Notes: a model not told the origin generated them from the sequence alone. A stretch of 64,000 bases of DNA from Candidatus Woesearchaeota archaeon (GCA_038874655.1 JAVZBY010000003.1:9808-73807); one strand, 5' to 3'; positions 30,505-41,105 are shown, counted from the stretch's first letter. Numbers and translations: made by a program.

Positions 30505-32277
30505 TCAACAACTAGAATATTTTTTAAGTAAATTGAAAATTTCTTGTTTATCTGTTTCTGTTCCTGGAAAATAATTATCTGCCCAATACATTAACTCATT
30601 AAAAGCTTTATCAAAACACCAACCATCAACTTTCATTCTATACAAAGCAATTGCTAATCCTGTTCTATGTTGTCCATATTTACAATGCACAAAAATTGGA
30701 TAATTATCTGAATCTTGCAAAACACTTAAAACATTATTCATCCAAGATTCTTTTGCTCCTGGATAAGGCAAATGTATATATTCTAAACCTGCTTTCTTTG
30801 CAATATAACTATTATCAATACCTTGTAAATCTAAAACAGTTTTATAACCTTTTGAAGCTAACCATTGATATCCTAATTGTGAGGGTTGTGCTCCTGCTGC
30901 TATATTACTATTAATCTCTCTAAACAAAACTATATTTTCATTATTAGATAAAGTAGATAATTGAGTGTATTTATTTTTTGGAATATCATCAAAATCAACA
31001 TAATCTATTTTTAGATTTGGAAAATTTAAAACAAAACTAAATTGTGAAGGCAACTTTTCAGCCCAAACTCCAAAATGATTAGCAACTGCTCTCTCAGAAC
31101 CATCTGACAAGGTATTTATTATTCTAGGCACACTATTTTCTTCTATAACCAATGTTGTTGAACCTCCACCATCCATATTAATCATATTTGTGCTTCCATA
31201 TTTCAAATGAATTTCTCCTAACTCTAATGCAGAAACCCCTTCACTAATTCCTGGATTTCTGCCATCAACAACAATTATATTAAGCCATTTTTCATTTTCA
31301 TCTAACCCAATTGAAGTTCTTGGATTTAAATAATCATAACCCTCTTTATGTTGTGGATTTCCTTTATAAAATCTATCTAAAATTTTTCCATTTTCAATAA
31401 TATGATTAAATCCTGAGATTGCATATTTATAATTATTAGGCATGTTTGGCATCATATATATTTGATTATCCTCGCTAACAAACAAAGTTACATCTGGTTT
31501 AAACTCAGGATTAGAATAAGGTTTTCCATCATAAGCAGCAAAGCCATTTACCTCATTTGTATTGCCTATATCAAAACCACCTCCATTTATTGCTAATTGT
31601 AAATTATTTTGTCTTAAAAAATCAGAAGTTGTCATTACATTAGGCGCTATTTTAGGAGTAACATAAAATCTTAATGTTGGATCATACAAATCAACCTTAA
31701 CCACAAAAATGTGTAAAGGTCTTGGATCATTAATTTCTTCATATTTATAAAAAATTCCTCTATAAATAGGGTTAAATCCTACTAAATTTTTTGGTATGTA
31801 ATCTTTTGAATATTTTAAATCTATAACTTTATTTTTTAACTCCAATTTTTGATTTTCATATTTTATTGTTAAATTTGTATTTAATTCTGTTATTATCAAA
31901 ATTTTCTCTTCCTCATCCAGATATGTTTTAGTTAAATTAATATCAAAAAAAGTATATTCAATATTCAAACCTTTTTTTTTAAAATCCTCAACATTTAAAC
32001 ATTCATTAAACTTTTTTTCTAGATAATATTCTAACTGCTCATCCAAATAATTAAGACCATATCTCTCTATTGTTTTTTCTGTTGAAATTTTTAAACATTG
32101 TTGAACAGAAAACTCAAATGAATTCTTTAATGCTGTAAAATCAAAATTTCGGTTATTTTGAGTTGCTTTTTTAAATAATGCTCTATTAAATAATATGAAC
32201 AATAGTAAAATAAACAAACCTATAATTATAAATAAGGTTATTTGAGTTTTTTTGTTAAATATTTTTTTAGTGGACAT
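30505..32277 (-). CDS. Pilin-like N-terminus + phosphodiester glycosidase (NAGPA-like) + Cys-dependent phosphatase fusion
   Basis: KKTQ|ITLFIIIG; AINGGGF, NPRTSIG, VVDGR, NMDGGGST, ERAVAN; FVHCKYGQHRTG (CX5R). Confidence 0.82.
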   Translation of the reverse strand: MSTKKIFNKKTQITLFIIIGLFILLLFILFNRALFKKATQNNRNFDFTALKNSFEFSVQQCLKISTEKTIERYGLNYLDEQLEYYLEKKFNECLNVEDFKKKGLNIEYTFFDINLTKTYLDEEEKILIITELNTNLTIKYENQKLELKNKVIDLKYSKDYIPKNLVGFNPIYRGIFYKYEEINDPRPLHIFVVKVDLYDPTLRFYVTPKIAPNVMTTSDFLRQNNLQLAINGGGFDIGNTNEVNGFAAYDGKPYSNPEFKPDVTLFVSEDNQIYMMPNMPNNYKYAISGFNHIIENGKILDRFYKGNPQHKEGYDYLNPRTSIGLDENEKWLNIIVVDGRNPGISEGVSALELGEIHLKYGSTNMINMDGGGSTTLVIEENSVPRIINTLSDGSERAVANHFGVWAEKLPSQFSFVLNFPNLKIDYVDFDDIPKNKYTQLSTLSNNENIVLFREINSNIAAGAQPSQLGYQWLASKGYKTVLDLQGIDNSYIAKKAGLEYIHLPYPGAKESWMNNVLSVLQDSDNYPIFVHCKYGQHRTGLAIALYRMKVDGWCFDKAFNELMYWADNYFPGTETDKQEIFNLLKKYSSC

Positions 32278-32321
32278 AATAATATTAAACAACAACTTAT
32301 TAAAATAACTTATTAAAAACA

Positions 32322-33872
32322 TTAATTAAAATTTATACCATGAAACTCTTTTTCTTCAATTTTCTTTTGAAAATTTTTCTCGTATTTTCTTACAAAATCC
32401 TCAAACAACGGAATCTTAACTGGAATTGCAAATTTTGAAAAATTACTAGTTATGATTGCTTCTCCTTTATCTAATGAAGCTATTGTTCTAGAATCATTGC
32501 TTAAATCTTGTGCTGCTGATTCTATTATTGCTTGTCTTTCTGGTTGCATTTCAATTCCTAATATAATTTTTGTGTTCATATTTGCTAAAATTTCTCTTGG
32601 AATTAGAGAGGGTAATTGTGTTATTGCTGTTAGTCCTATTTTAAATTTTCTACCTTCTCTGGCAATTGTAGAAAATATATTAGGCCCAGTTTCTAAAACC
32701 TCTTTGCCTAAAACTCTTGGCGCTTCTTCAAGAATAATATTAATAACAGGTTTATTCTTCAATTCTCCACTAGATTTATACATTTTATATCTGTTAAAAA
32801 TTTCTGTTGTAATTAAACTACCAACTAAGATTTCTATATTTCCCGAAAAATTAGAAGTATCTATAATAACAATTTTTCCTTTTTCTAATTCATTGCAAAT
32901 ATCATTGATAGTTGTTTGACCTAAATTTAAATCAAATATTCCTTTAGGATATATTTTAAAAGGCTCTACATCAATATCTAATAATTGAGATAATTTTCTT
33001 TTTAAAACAGCTAAAGTAGATTCATTAACAACTGTATCTGTTTCTTTTTCTAACAACAAAGATTCAATCCAATTTTCATTATACTTTCTATAATAGACAT
33101 TAATGGCTTCTTTTTGTGCTGTTGTTAATTCCAGAGAACCATCAAAATGATAGGGCATTAATTGCTTTAAATTAATTTTTAATGTTCTTTGTCCAGGGGG
33201 TACATTATTAGGTGTATAATATACTAATTTTTTATTTGGATGATCTTTCAAGCCTATTTTATTTCTACCAAAATATTCATCATGGGGGTCCAAAACTAAA
33301 ACACCTGCATAATCTTTATCCATTAAATCCCATAACATAACATAAGTTAAATTACTTTTTCCTCTACCTGTTGTTGCTGGTATCAAGATATGATGACTCA
33401 AAACATCATCCCCTTTCAAATAAATTGGGACATCTAAAACTTTTGAACCACTTCTAAGATAACCAAAAAAAAGAGAATTTTCAGGTTTTGTTAGAAACTT
33501 TAAATCTTCACTATTAATCTCTCTTAATTCTGAAAAAAAATCTGGTAAATTTTTAGCTAAACTTATTTTATTATCCTCAATAACTAACATATTTTTTAAT
33601 TTTGCTAGATTATAACTTCTAAGTTTTTCATCCATAAAATATAGATCAGAATTTTCTTCTAATTTTAAACCACTGATTAACTCTAAATTTTCTGAAGAAA
33701 TTTGACTACCATAAATTAGATCATATACTTGAAAAATTGTTTTATGCTTATTTTTATTTTCTGCTATTAGTAATTCTCCTATTTCAATTCTTTCATCAGA
33801 TTTTTGTCTTGCTATAATTTCTCCGAACTTTCCAGAAATAATAATTCCTTTGCAATTTTTAGAATTTTTCAT
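32322..33872 (-). CDS. herA: HerA-family ATPase/helicase
   Basis: N-terminal HAS-barrel-like region, [38 protein letters not shown]. Confidence 0.9.
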   Translation of the reverse strand: MKNSKNCKGIIISGKFGEIIARQKSDERIEIGELLIAENKNKHKTIFQVYDLIYGSQISSENLELISGLKLEENSDLYFMDEKLRSYNLAKLKNMLVIEDNKISLAKNLPDFFSELREINSEDLKFLTKPENSLFFGYLRSGSKVLDVPIYLKGDDVLSHHILIPATTGRGKSNLTYVMLWDLMDKDYAGVLVLDPHDEYFGRNKIGLKDHPNKKLVYYTPNNVPPGQRTLKINLKQLMPYHFDGSLELTTAQKEAINVYYRKYNENWIESLLLEKETDTVVNESTLAVLKRKLSQLLDIDVEPFKIYPKGIFDLNLGQTTINDICNELEKGKIVIIDTSNFSGNIEILVGSLITTEIFNRYKMYKSSGELKNKPVINIILEEAPRVLGKEVLETGPNIFSTIAREGRKFKIGLTAITQLPSLIPREILANMNTKIILGIEMQPERQAIIESAAQDLSNDSRTIASLDKGEAIITSNFSKFAIPVKIPLFEDFVRKYEKNFQKKIEEKEFHGINFN

Positions 33873-33983
33873 AAAAATAAACAAAAAAAAGCAACTTTAA
33901 AAATTTTTATAAAAACAAGTAAAAACAAAAAAATTAATAAAAGAAAAAAAGAAAGAGTAAATAAAAATTTTTAAACAAATTCT

Positions 33984-34217
33984 TTATTTTCTGCCTCTAG
34001 CCATCTTTGCTCTAGAGACATCTCCTTTTGAATCAACAAAGTATAGATAGCCTTTTTCTTTTTTAACTCCTACTTTTGCTACTTTTTCAACTTTTTGTTT
34101 TCCTTTTTTTCTTCCTCCTCTAGCCATTTTTGCTCTAGAGATATCTCCTTGCTTATCTACAAAATATAGATAGCCATCTTCTTTTTTAACTCCTACTTTT
34201 GCTACTTTTTCAGCCAT
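33984..34217 (-). CDS. Small basic protein made of two near-identical repeats; putative nucleic-acid-binding protein
   Basis: EKVAKVGVKKE.GYLYFVD..GD.SRAKMARG x2; strong GGAGG SD. Confidence 0.8.
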   Translation of the reverse strand: MAEKVAKVGVKKEDGYLYFVDKQGDISRAKMARGGRKKGKQKVEKVAKVGVKKEKGYLYFVDSKGDVSRAKMARGRK

Positions 34218-34273
34218 TTTTTAACCTCCTTTAACATTTCATTGGTGAGAATTAAAAGAATGTCTCCCCACCG
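34218..34273 (-). promoter_or_regulatory. Structured 5' UTR: hairpin whose loop is complementary to the SD (putative H-type pseudoknot)
   Basis: GGUGGGGA/UUCUCACC stem; loop UUCUUUUAA pairs with UUAAAGGAG; TATA TTTATATA at 34295-34302. Confidence 0.55.
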
Positions 34274-34345
34274 AGTATAATATAGAATAACAACTATATA
34301 AATCTTACGATTTTGTAGACGAATAATATAAAAAAATTATAAAGA

Positions 34346-35032
34346 TTAAGATATTTCTATCTTCAAAGCTTCTTTAATTTCATCCTCAGAAACAGAACAG
34401 CCATTTAATTTAATCCCCCATAAAAGCCCTTCTAATAAAGTTCTTTTTGAATTAGGTAATTTTAAATAATATTCTTTAAACAACCCCATTTCATATGCTA
34501 TTAAAACTATCTCAAATGTTCTAATTATAGTTAAATTAACTATTTTTTTAAAATCCTTAATTTTTTGTTCATCTGCTTTTACAACTAAATGAAGTTTATT
34601 TTCTAATCTCTCATGCACTAAATTTGGATTTTCAACTAAATTTCTAGTAATAAACTCGTCTATAACTATTGCGTCAGAATTTAAAACTAATGCTGCTGCA
34701 ATAGTTTCTATTTCTGCATAATGAGCAATTTTTATAAAGTTATCGTGCGCTTTAAAAAACGAATTTATTTCATTAAAAAGAAAATTTGCCTTATATTTTA
34801 TTTTATTATCATCTACTAACTTTATAATTCCTTCCTCTAAAAGCTTTAATATTTGTATTGCCTCATATTTAAATTTCTTTGATTCCAAAGGTTTATCAAT
34901 CACTTCTCTTTTAACTGATTTTGTTATAAAAAATTCTCCTTTAAATTGTTCTTTTAGTGGTTTTAAAATCCACAATAAATTATTCAATGAAAGTGTAATT
35001 AAAGGTCCTGTGTCAAAAACTAAAGATTTCAT
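34346..35032 (-). CDS. PIN-like protein (DUF3368-like)
   Basis: LVFDTGPLI, SVKREV, AEIETIAAA, IVIDE. Confidence 0.75.
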   Translation of the reverse strand: MKSLVFDTGPLITLSLNNLLWILKPLKEQFKGEFFITKSVKREVIDKPLESKKFKYEAIQILKLLEEGIIKLVDDNKIKYKANFLFNEINSFFKAHDNFIKIAHYAEIETIAAALVLNSDAIVIDEFITRNLVENPNLVHERLENKLHLVVKADEQKIKDFKKIVNLTIIRTFEIVLIAYEMGLFKEYYLKLPNSKRTLLEGLLWGIKLNGCSVSEDEIKEALKIEIS

Positions 35033-35085
35033 ATGACCTCACTAATGATAATTTTCATTTTAAAATGAAATTACATTTATCTTAT

Positions 35086-35625
35086 TTATAAATTAAATAT
35101 TGCTCTTGCTTTTTTCATTCTATCTTGTACATTTGTCTTATTTTTATAAGTTTCAATTATAGGTGTTTTACCGACATAATCCATTAAATCCCATAGAGAT
35201 ATGCCCAATGCATCAGCAACTTGTCCTAATGAAATACCATGTTCAAACATTCTTGATGCTTTTTTTATTTGTGCTTTTTCTAATGCTTCTTTTATATAAC
35301 TTTTTATGTAAGAATCTTTTTTGGACAAATCCTTAATTATACTTTTCAATTCATTTTCATAATTAGAATTTGAACCATTTTCTAAATAAGTTAATGCATT
35401 TTTAAATTTTACAATAATTAAATCTGAGATATCATTATATTTATAGAGTTTTGACAAAGCATAAATTATAACTGCAATTGTCAAAGTATCCTTATCTTGA
35501 AAAATAGATGCATTATGTATAACATGATCACTTAACTCTCTTAATTTAAACAATTCTTTTTTTTCTACAATGGAGATTGCTTCATTTAACACATTAAGAA
35601 TATCTTTTTTCACAATAGGATTCAT
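35086..35625 (-). CDS. Protein with C-terminal UPF0175-like HTH; probable partner of the PIN gene
   Basis: GISLGQVADALGISLWDLMDY; directly upstream of the PIN gene. Confidence 0.62.
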   Translation of the reverse strand: MNPIVKKDILNVLNEAISIVEKKELFKLRELSDHVIHNASIFQDKDTLTIAVIIYALSKLYKYNDISDLIIVKFKNALTYLENGSNSNYENELKSIIKDLSKKDSYIKSYIKEALEKAQIKKASRMFEHGISLGQVADALGISLWDLMDYVGKTPIIETYKNKTNVQDRMKKARAIFNL

Positions 35626-35812
35626 AAATATAAAAAAAATTATAAAGTATAAAAAACTTGTGATATATCTCAATAATACAAATTATATACCCCAATTTAA
35701 ACTAATGGTTGATAAACATATTAAATTAAGAAAAAGTTTTTAAACCTTATATAGAATAAAAAAGATAATAAATTAAAAATTATAAAACTGGTTAAAATAA
35801 ATAGAGGAAAAA

Positions 35813-36412
35813 ATGGCTATTTTTAATAACAGCATAAATTTTTATATAATTGCTCTTTTATCTTATAGTGGACTAATATTTGGCTTAATTATAAGTAAGC
35901 ATTGCGAAGAAGAGCTTGAAAATGCTCAATTTTTCTTTAGGTATATTAAAGTTTTTATCTTATCAATTATGATAAGTTTATGGATATTTTTTATCATGAA
36001 CAATTTATTAATCTCAATTTTTATTCTTTTTTCAGTTTTTGTTTTTCTATTAGTTCTTATGAATCTTAATTTTTTAAATAAAAAGAATATAAAAATAAAA
36101 GCTAATTATTCAAAATCTAAGAAATCAACTGAACAAAAGGAAAATAAAAAATATCTTATCGAAGAAAATTATAGACTACAAACTTATTTAGATAATTTTT
36201 TATATATATATTCTGGTTTTGTTTTATTTAATACCTTTAAAAACGAAGTTAGTCTAATTGTTGCATTATTAATATTTTTTTATAGTCTTATTGTTTCCTC
36301 TTCATTGTACTATTATCTAAAAGAAATTAATTTATTTGAAAAAATAATATTCATATTAAAAAACAACATATTGTTTTTTCTAACAATCCTAATTTTAGAA
36401 ATAATCTTTTAG
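35813..36412 (+). CDS. Multi-pass membrane protein
   Basis: About six hydrophobic segments. Confidence 0.65.
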   Translation: MAIFNNSINFYIIALLSYSGLIFGLIISKHCEEELENAQFFFRYIKVFILSIMISLWIFFIMNNLLISIFILFSVFVFLLVLMNLNFLNKKNIKIKANYSKSKKSTEQKENKKYLIEENYRLQTYLDNFLYIYSGFVLFNTFKNEVSLIVALLIFFYSLIVSSSLYYYLKEINLFEKIIFILKNNILFFLTILILEIIF

Positions 36413-36505
36413 ATTTATAGACAAAATTCTAAACTAAAAAATAAATAACATAAAATATATCAGTAAATAAAATATATATGACTTGTGTATAAAAATATAG
36501 AAATA

Positions 36506-36958
36506 TTAAAAGTAATAATAAACTAAATTACCACTAAAAATTCCAATTAAAATACCAACTATCACTTGTAAAGGCGTATGCCCAATAAACTCATATAATT
36601 TCTCTGGCTTGATATTTTTATTTTTAAATAACTCTGATATGATTTCATTAAGCACTTTGGCTTGTTTTCCTGCTGCCCTTCTTACTCCTAATGCATCTGC
36701 TATTACTATACAACTAACAATAAAAGACACTACAAATAAATTAGAAAACCCTTCTAACAAATATAAAATAGAGGTCATTGCAGTTACTGTTGCAGAATGC
36801 GAACTTGGCATACCTCCTGTTTTTAAGAAAAGTTTTATATCTAGCACTTTATTAATTATTAAATGAAATAAAACTTTAAGAAAACCTGCTATCAGATAAG
36901 CTACTAAAACACTTAATATAATCTTATTTTTAATAAGTTCAAAAAAAAAATCTGTCAT
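36506..36958 (-). CDS. DUF212 / divergent PAP2 (YuiD-like) membrane protein
   Basis: TGGMPSSHSA, DALGVRRAAGKQA, GHTPLQV. Confidence 0.9.
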   Translation of the reverse strand: MTDFFFELIKNKIILSVLVAYLIAGFLKVLFHLIINKVLDIKLFLKTGGMPSSHSATVTAMTSILYLLEGFSNLFVVSFIVSCIVIADALGVRRAAGKQAKVLNEIISELFKNKNIKPEKLYEFIGHTPLQVIVGILIGIFSGNLVYYYF

Positions 36959-37236
36959 AAAATAAATAAAATTAAAATAATATAAAAATTTTTTTAAGTT
37001 AAATTATTAGTTTAAAAAATAATTTAATGACATAGATAAAAAATAATAATTTGCGAAAAATAATAGGAAACTATTTTAAAAAGTATATATTTATTTAATA
37101 AAAAAATAAAGAAAATTTTCAAAAAATCCAAAAGAATATTTTTTTAAGAAGATTCATATTATAATTGCTAATTTGTATTAAATAAATATAATCTAAAATT
37201 AAAGTAAATATAATTAAAATTAAAGGATGTAAAAAG

Positions 37237-38592
37237 ATGATAAAAAAAACAAAAGATAAAAAAATACTAGATATTCTTGAAAAGATAAAAAAAGAGATTA
37301 CACCTGATATTGAAATAATAAAAAATATTGATTCTTTTGTAGATAAACTAAATTCTTACTTTAAATCAAAGAATCTCAAAATAAAATGTATTAAAGGTGG
37401 AAGTATTGCAAAGGGAACATTTCTTAAAGATGATTTTGATGTTGATTTATTTATCAAATTTGATTATAGCTATAAAAATGAAAACATATCTTCTATATTA
37501 GAAAAATCTTTATTAGAACAAAAAATAAAATATGAAAAAATACATGGAAGCAGAGATTATTTTATAGTCAAATTTTCAATAAAAGATAAAAACCTAACTT
37601 TTGAAGAAAATCATTTTAGCAAAAAGATTTTGTGTTATGAATTGGTGCCTGTATTAGACATAAAAAATCCTGAAAAAGCAATAAATGTTACTGATATGAG
37701 TCCTTTACATGTTTCATGGGTTAAAAAAAATTTAAAAAAAGGACAAGAAGATGAAATAAGATTAGCAAAAAAATTTTGTAAAGGCATTAATGTCTATGGT
37801 GCTGAATCTTATATTAATGGCTTTTCAGGACATGTTATTGACATTCTTATAATTTATTATGGAAGTTTTCTAAAATTATTAAAAGAATCAATAAAATGGA
37901 AACCTAAGGTGATAATTGATCCTGAAAAACACTTTAAATCAAAAGACGATGTGCTTTTTAATCTAAATAAAGCAAAAACAACAGGACCTTTAATTATAGT
38001 AGATCCGATATTAAAATATAGAAATGCAGCTGCAAGTTTATCCTATGAAAAATTTAATCTTTTCATAGAAAAAGCAAAAGAATTTCTAGAAAATCCTAGT
38101 GAAGATTATTTCAAAGAAAAATCTATACAAGAAATAATAAATGAAAAAATAAAAGAACAGAATAAAATTACTATAGTAGAAATGAAAATAATAGACCAAG
38201 ATTTAAAAAAAGAAAGATATAAAGAAATTTTGTATGCTAAAATTTTAAAAACACATAATTATCTAAAAGACGAATTAATAAAAAAAGGATTTAAAATAGT
38301 AGATAGTAATTGGGGTACATCAGTTAATCAAAAAGAGCTCATAATAACCCTATTTTATATTTCAGAAAACCTTGAATTAAAATCTGAAAAACTAATAAAA
38401 GGACCTATGCTTAACATGAAAGAACATGTTGAAAGATTTAAAAATAAATATATAAAAACCTATGTCAAAGATGATTGCATATATGCAATAGCAAAAATAA
38501 ATAAAGTAAAAATAACAGATAATATAAAAGAAATATTCAATAAATCTTATTATAAAAAATATTTTATAATTACTGGTATTAAAACAATTTAA
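37237..38592 (+). CDS. cca: CCA-adding enzyme, class I (archaeal)
   Basis: GGSIAKGTFL.DDFDVDLF, VTDMSPLH, YGAE...GFSG, DP..KYRNAAASLS. Confidence 0.92.
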   Translation: MIKKTKDKKILDILEKIKKEITPDIEIIKNIDSFVDKLNSYFKSKNLKIKCIKGGSIAKGTFLKDDFDVDLFIKFDYSYKNENISSILEKSLLEQKIKYEKIHGSRDYFIVKFSIKDKNLTFEENHFSKKILCYELVPVLDIKNPEKAINVTDMSPLHVSWVKKNLKKGQEDEIRLAKKFCKGINVYGAESYINGFSGHVIDILIIYYGSFLKLLKESIKWKPKVIIDPEKHFKSKDDVLFNLNKAKTTGPLIIVDPILKYRNAAASLSYEKFNLFIEKAKEFLENPSEDYFKEKSIQEIINEKIKEQNKITIVEMKIIDQDLKKERYKEILYAKILKTHNYLKDELIKKGFKIVDSNWGTSVNQKELIITLFYISENLELKSEKLIKGPMLNMKEHVERFKNKYIKTYVKDDCIYAIAKINKVKITDNIKEIFNKSYYKKYFIITGIKTI

Positions 38593-38620
38593 TATAAATA
38601 AATTTATTAAAAATCGATTA

Positions 38621-39385
38621 ATGAGATATAAAAAATTAAAAATGAAAAGTAAAAATAAAAAATCACAAATAAGTATTTTTATTATAATTGGCTTAATAAT
38701 TCTTATAACCACATTATTAATAATAAACTTAACACCTAAAAAAATAAAAATAACAAGTTCTACAAAAAATAACACCATTAAACAAAATTTAGAGAATCCT
38801 GATTATTATTATGTTAAAGATAGATTAGAAAAATGCATAAACAATTTATCCGAAGAAGCAATTTTAAAGATAAGTAATCAAGGATTATTAAATCCAAAAG
38901 AATATATTTCATCAAATAAGATTGTTATTGGCTACTTATACTATGATGGAAAAAAGAATATTCAAAATGAAAAAGAATTATCTAATTCTATAGCAGAATA
39001 TATAAAAAGAAATATTGAAAGTTGTGCAAAAAAAGAATATATTGAAATTGATAAAGACAATATTAATGTTATTATAGTTTTATTAAAAGATGAAATAAAT
39101 ATAAAAGCAGAGTTTTCAGAAAAAATTAACTATAAAAACAAAAAAATAGATATAACTGAAATTTATGTAAATAAAAAATCAAATTTATTAAACTTAGTAA
39201 AAGCAGCTAATAAAATTATTAATAATTTAGATAAAGATGAATGGCTTAATTTAAATGGCATAGATGATGAAAAAATTAAAGTTAATATTATAAAGATCAG
39301 TGAAAAAACCTGGATTTATGAAATAATTCAAATTAATGAAACTGAAAATAATAACTCACTATATAGATTCGCAATTAAATATTAG
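38621..39385 (+). CDS. Pilin-like (class III signal peptide) protein
   Basis: KKSQ|ISIFIIIGLIIL; shares EKC...EYIKRNIESC with the N-domains of 15544 and 30505. Confidence 0.7.
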   Translation: MRYKKLKMKSKNKKSQISIFIIIGLIILITTLLIINLTPKKIKITSSTKNNTIKQNLENPDYYYVKDRLEKCINNLSEEAILKISNQGLLNPKEYISSNKIVIGYLYYDGKKNIQNEKELSNSIAEYIKRNIESCAKKEYIEIDKDNINVIIVLLKDEINIKAEFSEKINYKNKKIDITEIYVNKKSNLLNLVKAANKIINNLDKDEWLNLNGIDDEKIKVNIIKISEKTWIYEIIQINETENNNSLYRFAIKY

Positions 39386-39391
39386 TTAAAA

Positions 39392-41089
39392 ATGAACAAA
39401 AAAAAATCAACAGAAATAATTAGTAAAAATATAGTTTTATTAATAATATTTAGTTTTATCGCTCTTATATTTATTTTGAAGATATTATCTGTGAGTGCAA
39501 TCCTATCTTTAGATGAAATAAAAAATGTAATAGAAACCGAAACAAATATAGAAATAACAATAAATCCTGAGTTAAGTTCTTATAATATTAATTATAAGGA
39601 AAATATTTTAAAATTTGAAATTGAAAAAAAAGCATTTAAAATATATCTAAAAAACCAAAATATAGATTATGAAAATAGTATTAACCTTCCTAAAAAAATT
39701 ACATTAGACTTTGAGATTCTAGAAAATAAAAAAAATCCAAAAATTATTTTCTATGGAGAAAAAAATAATTACAGCATTATTCAAAAAGATGAAGGAACCA
39801 CAAACATATATTTTGAAATTCCAGAAGAGATAAAAAATAAGAGTGAAATTGATATAAAAAATATAAATAATCTTGATTATGGAATTATATACCTTGTAGA
39901 ACACTATGAACCTGATTTAAGAATTGATGACTCTTCAAGGTTAAATGGAAAAAAAATTCTATCAATAAATATGTATAATAATCCAAAAATATTATTTAAT
40001 GATTCAAAAATAGTTTTATTTCCAAATGAATTAAAGATATCTAAAAAATCATTTGAATATGCTGAATCATTAGAAAATAGTGAGATAAACATTATTAATA
40101 ATAACACAATAAAAAGAATATATAAAAAATCTAATTTAACAATCATAGAAAATGAGATAATAAAATATGATAAAAATTATGATAGAGGATTTACAAGTGA
40201 ACAAGACTATTTAAATGAAGAAAAAATACAAGAATATTCAAAAATATCAAATAATCATAATATTGTAGATGAAGAAAGTTGTAATAAATTTATAAAATTC
40301 AAAAAAAATATTATTATAGATAATGAATTTTTAAATATATATTCTAATGAAAACAAAAATAATTCTTGGGAATTATATGTAATTAATCAAAAAAGAAACA
40401 TAAATAATGATGAATCCATCATATTAAAAGAAAATCTAGACAAAATCATAGAACTAATAAAACAAAGTAATGGAAAAAAATTCATTATTAAAATAGATAA
40501 AAACACTATAAATTTATTCGAAATTATAAAACATATATATAATAATTTAGACACATATGATATTAAAGAAAAAAATAAGGAAATATTTTTTGTTATAATA
40601 GATAAGCCAAATTCTCTAGAAAAGGAAGCAGATAAGGAAATTATTACTTCTGAGGATTATATTAATTTGTTAAAAAACATTTATAATGAAGTTAGCAATA
40701 ATATAAATATAATTATAAGTCCATTAGAACAAAGCAAAGAAAAAATTGATTCCGAAAAAATAATTTTAAACTCAAAAGATTACTATGAAACTATTTTTAA
40801 AAATGAAGATATAATTAATCCGATAAAATATATTGCAATATCTATAAATACTAGTCAATTAGAGGGATTAAATTATTGCATTAATTTAAACACATTATAT
40901 AATAAAGATTATTTTTGTATTGATTCTATTTATGCACATAGAGTTGTTTTAGACATTGCAAAAATATATAATAAAGAACTAAAAGCAATTATATTAATTG
41001 AAACCCAAAATATAAATGAAAGTTTTATAGAGGAATTAAAATCTGATCCTTATGTTGAAGCAGTATTTTTAGATAAAGAGGTTTGTTAA
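39392..41089 (+). CDS. Secreted or membrane-anchored hypothetical protein
   Basis: N-terminal hydrophobic segment ending VSA; N/I/K-rich. Confidence 0.6.
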   Translation: MNKKKSTEIISKNIVLLIIFSFIALIFILKILSVSAILSLDEIKNVIETETNIEITINPELSSYNINYKENILKFEIEKKAFKIYLKNQNIDYENSINLPKKITLDFEILENKKNPKIIFYGEKNNYSIIQKDEGTTNIYFEIPEEIKNKSEIDIKNINNLDYGIIYLVEHYEPDLRIDDSSRLNGKKILSINMYNNPKILFNDSKIVLFPNELKISKKSFEYAESLENSEINIINNNTIKRIYKKSNLTIIENEIIKYDKNYDRGFTSEQDYLNEEKIQEYSKISNNHNIVDEESCNKFIKFKKNIIIDNEFLNIYSNENKNNSWELYVINQKRNINNDESIILKENLDKIIELIKQSNGKKFIIKIDKNTINLFEIIKHIYNNLDTYDIKEKNKEIFFVIIDKPNSLEKEADKEIITSEDYINLLKNIYNEVSNNINIIISPLEQSKEKIDSEKIILNSKDYYETIFKNEDIINPIKYIAISINTSQLEGLNYCINLNTLYNKDYFCIDSIYAHRVVLDIAKIYNKELKAIILIETQNINESFIEELKSDPYVEAVFLDKEVC

Positions 41090-41105
41090 AAATAAAAAAA
41101 TTAAA

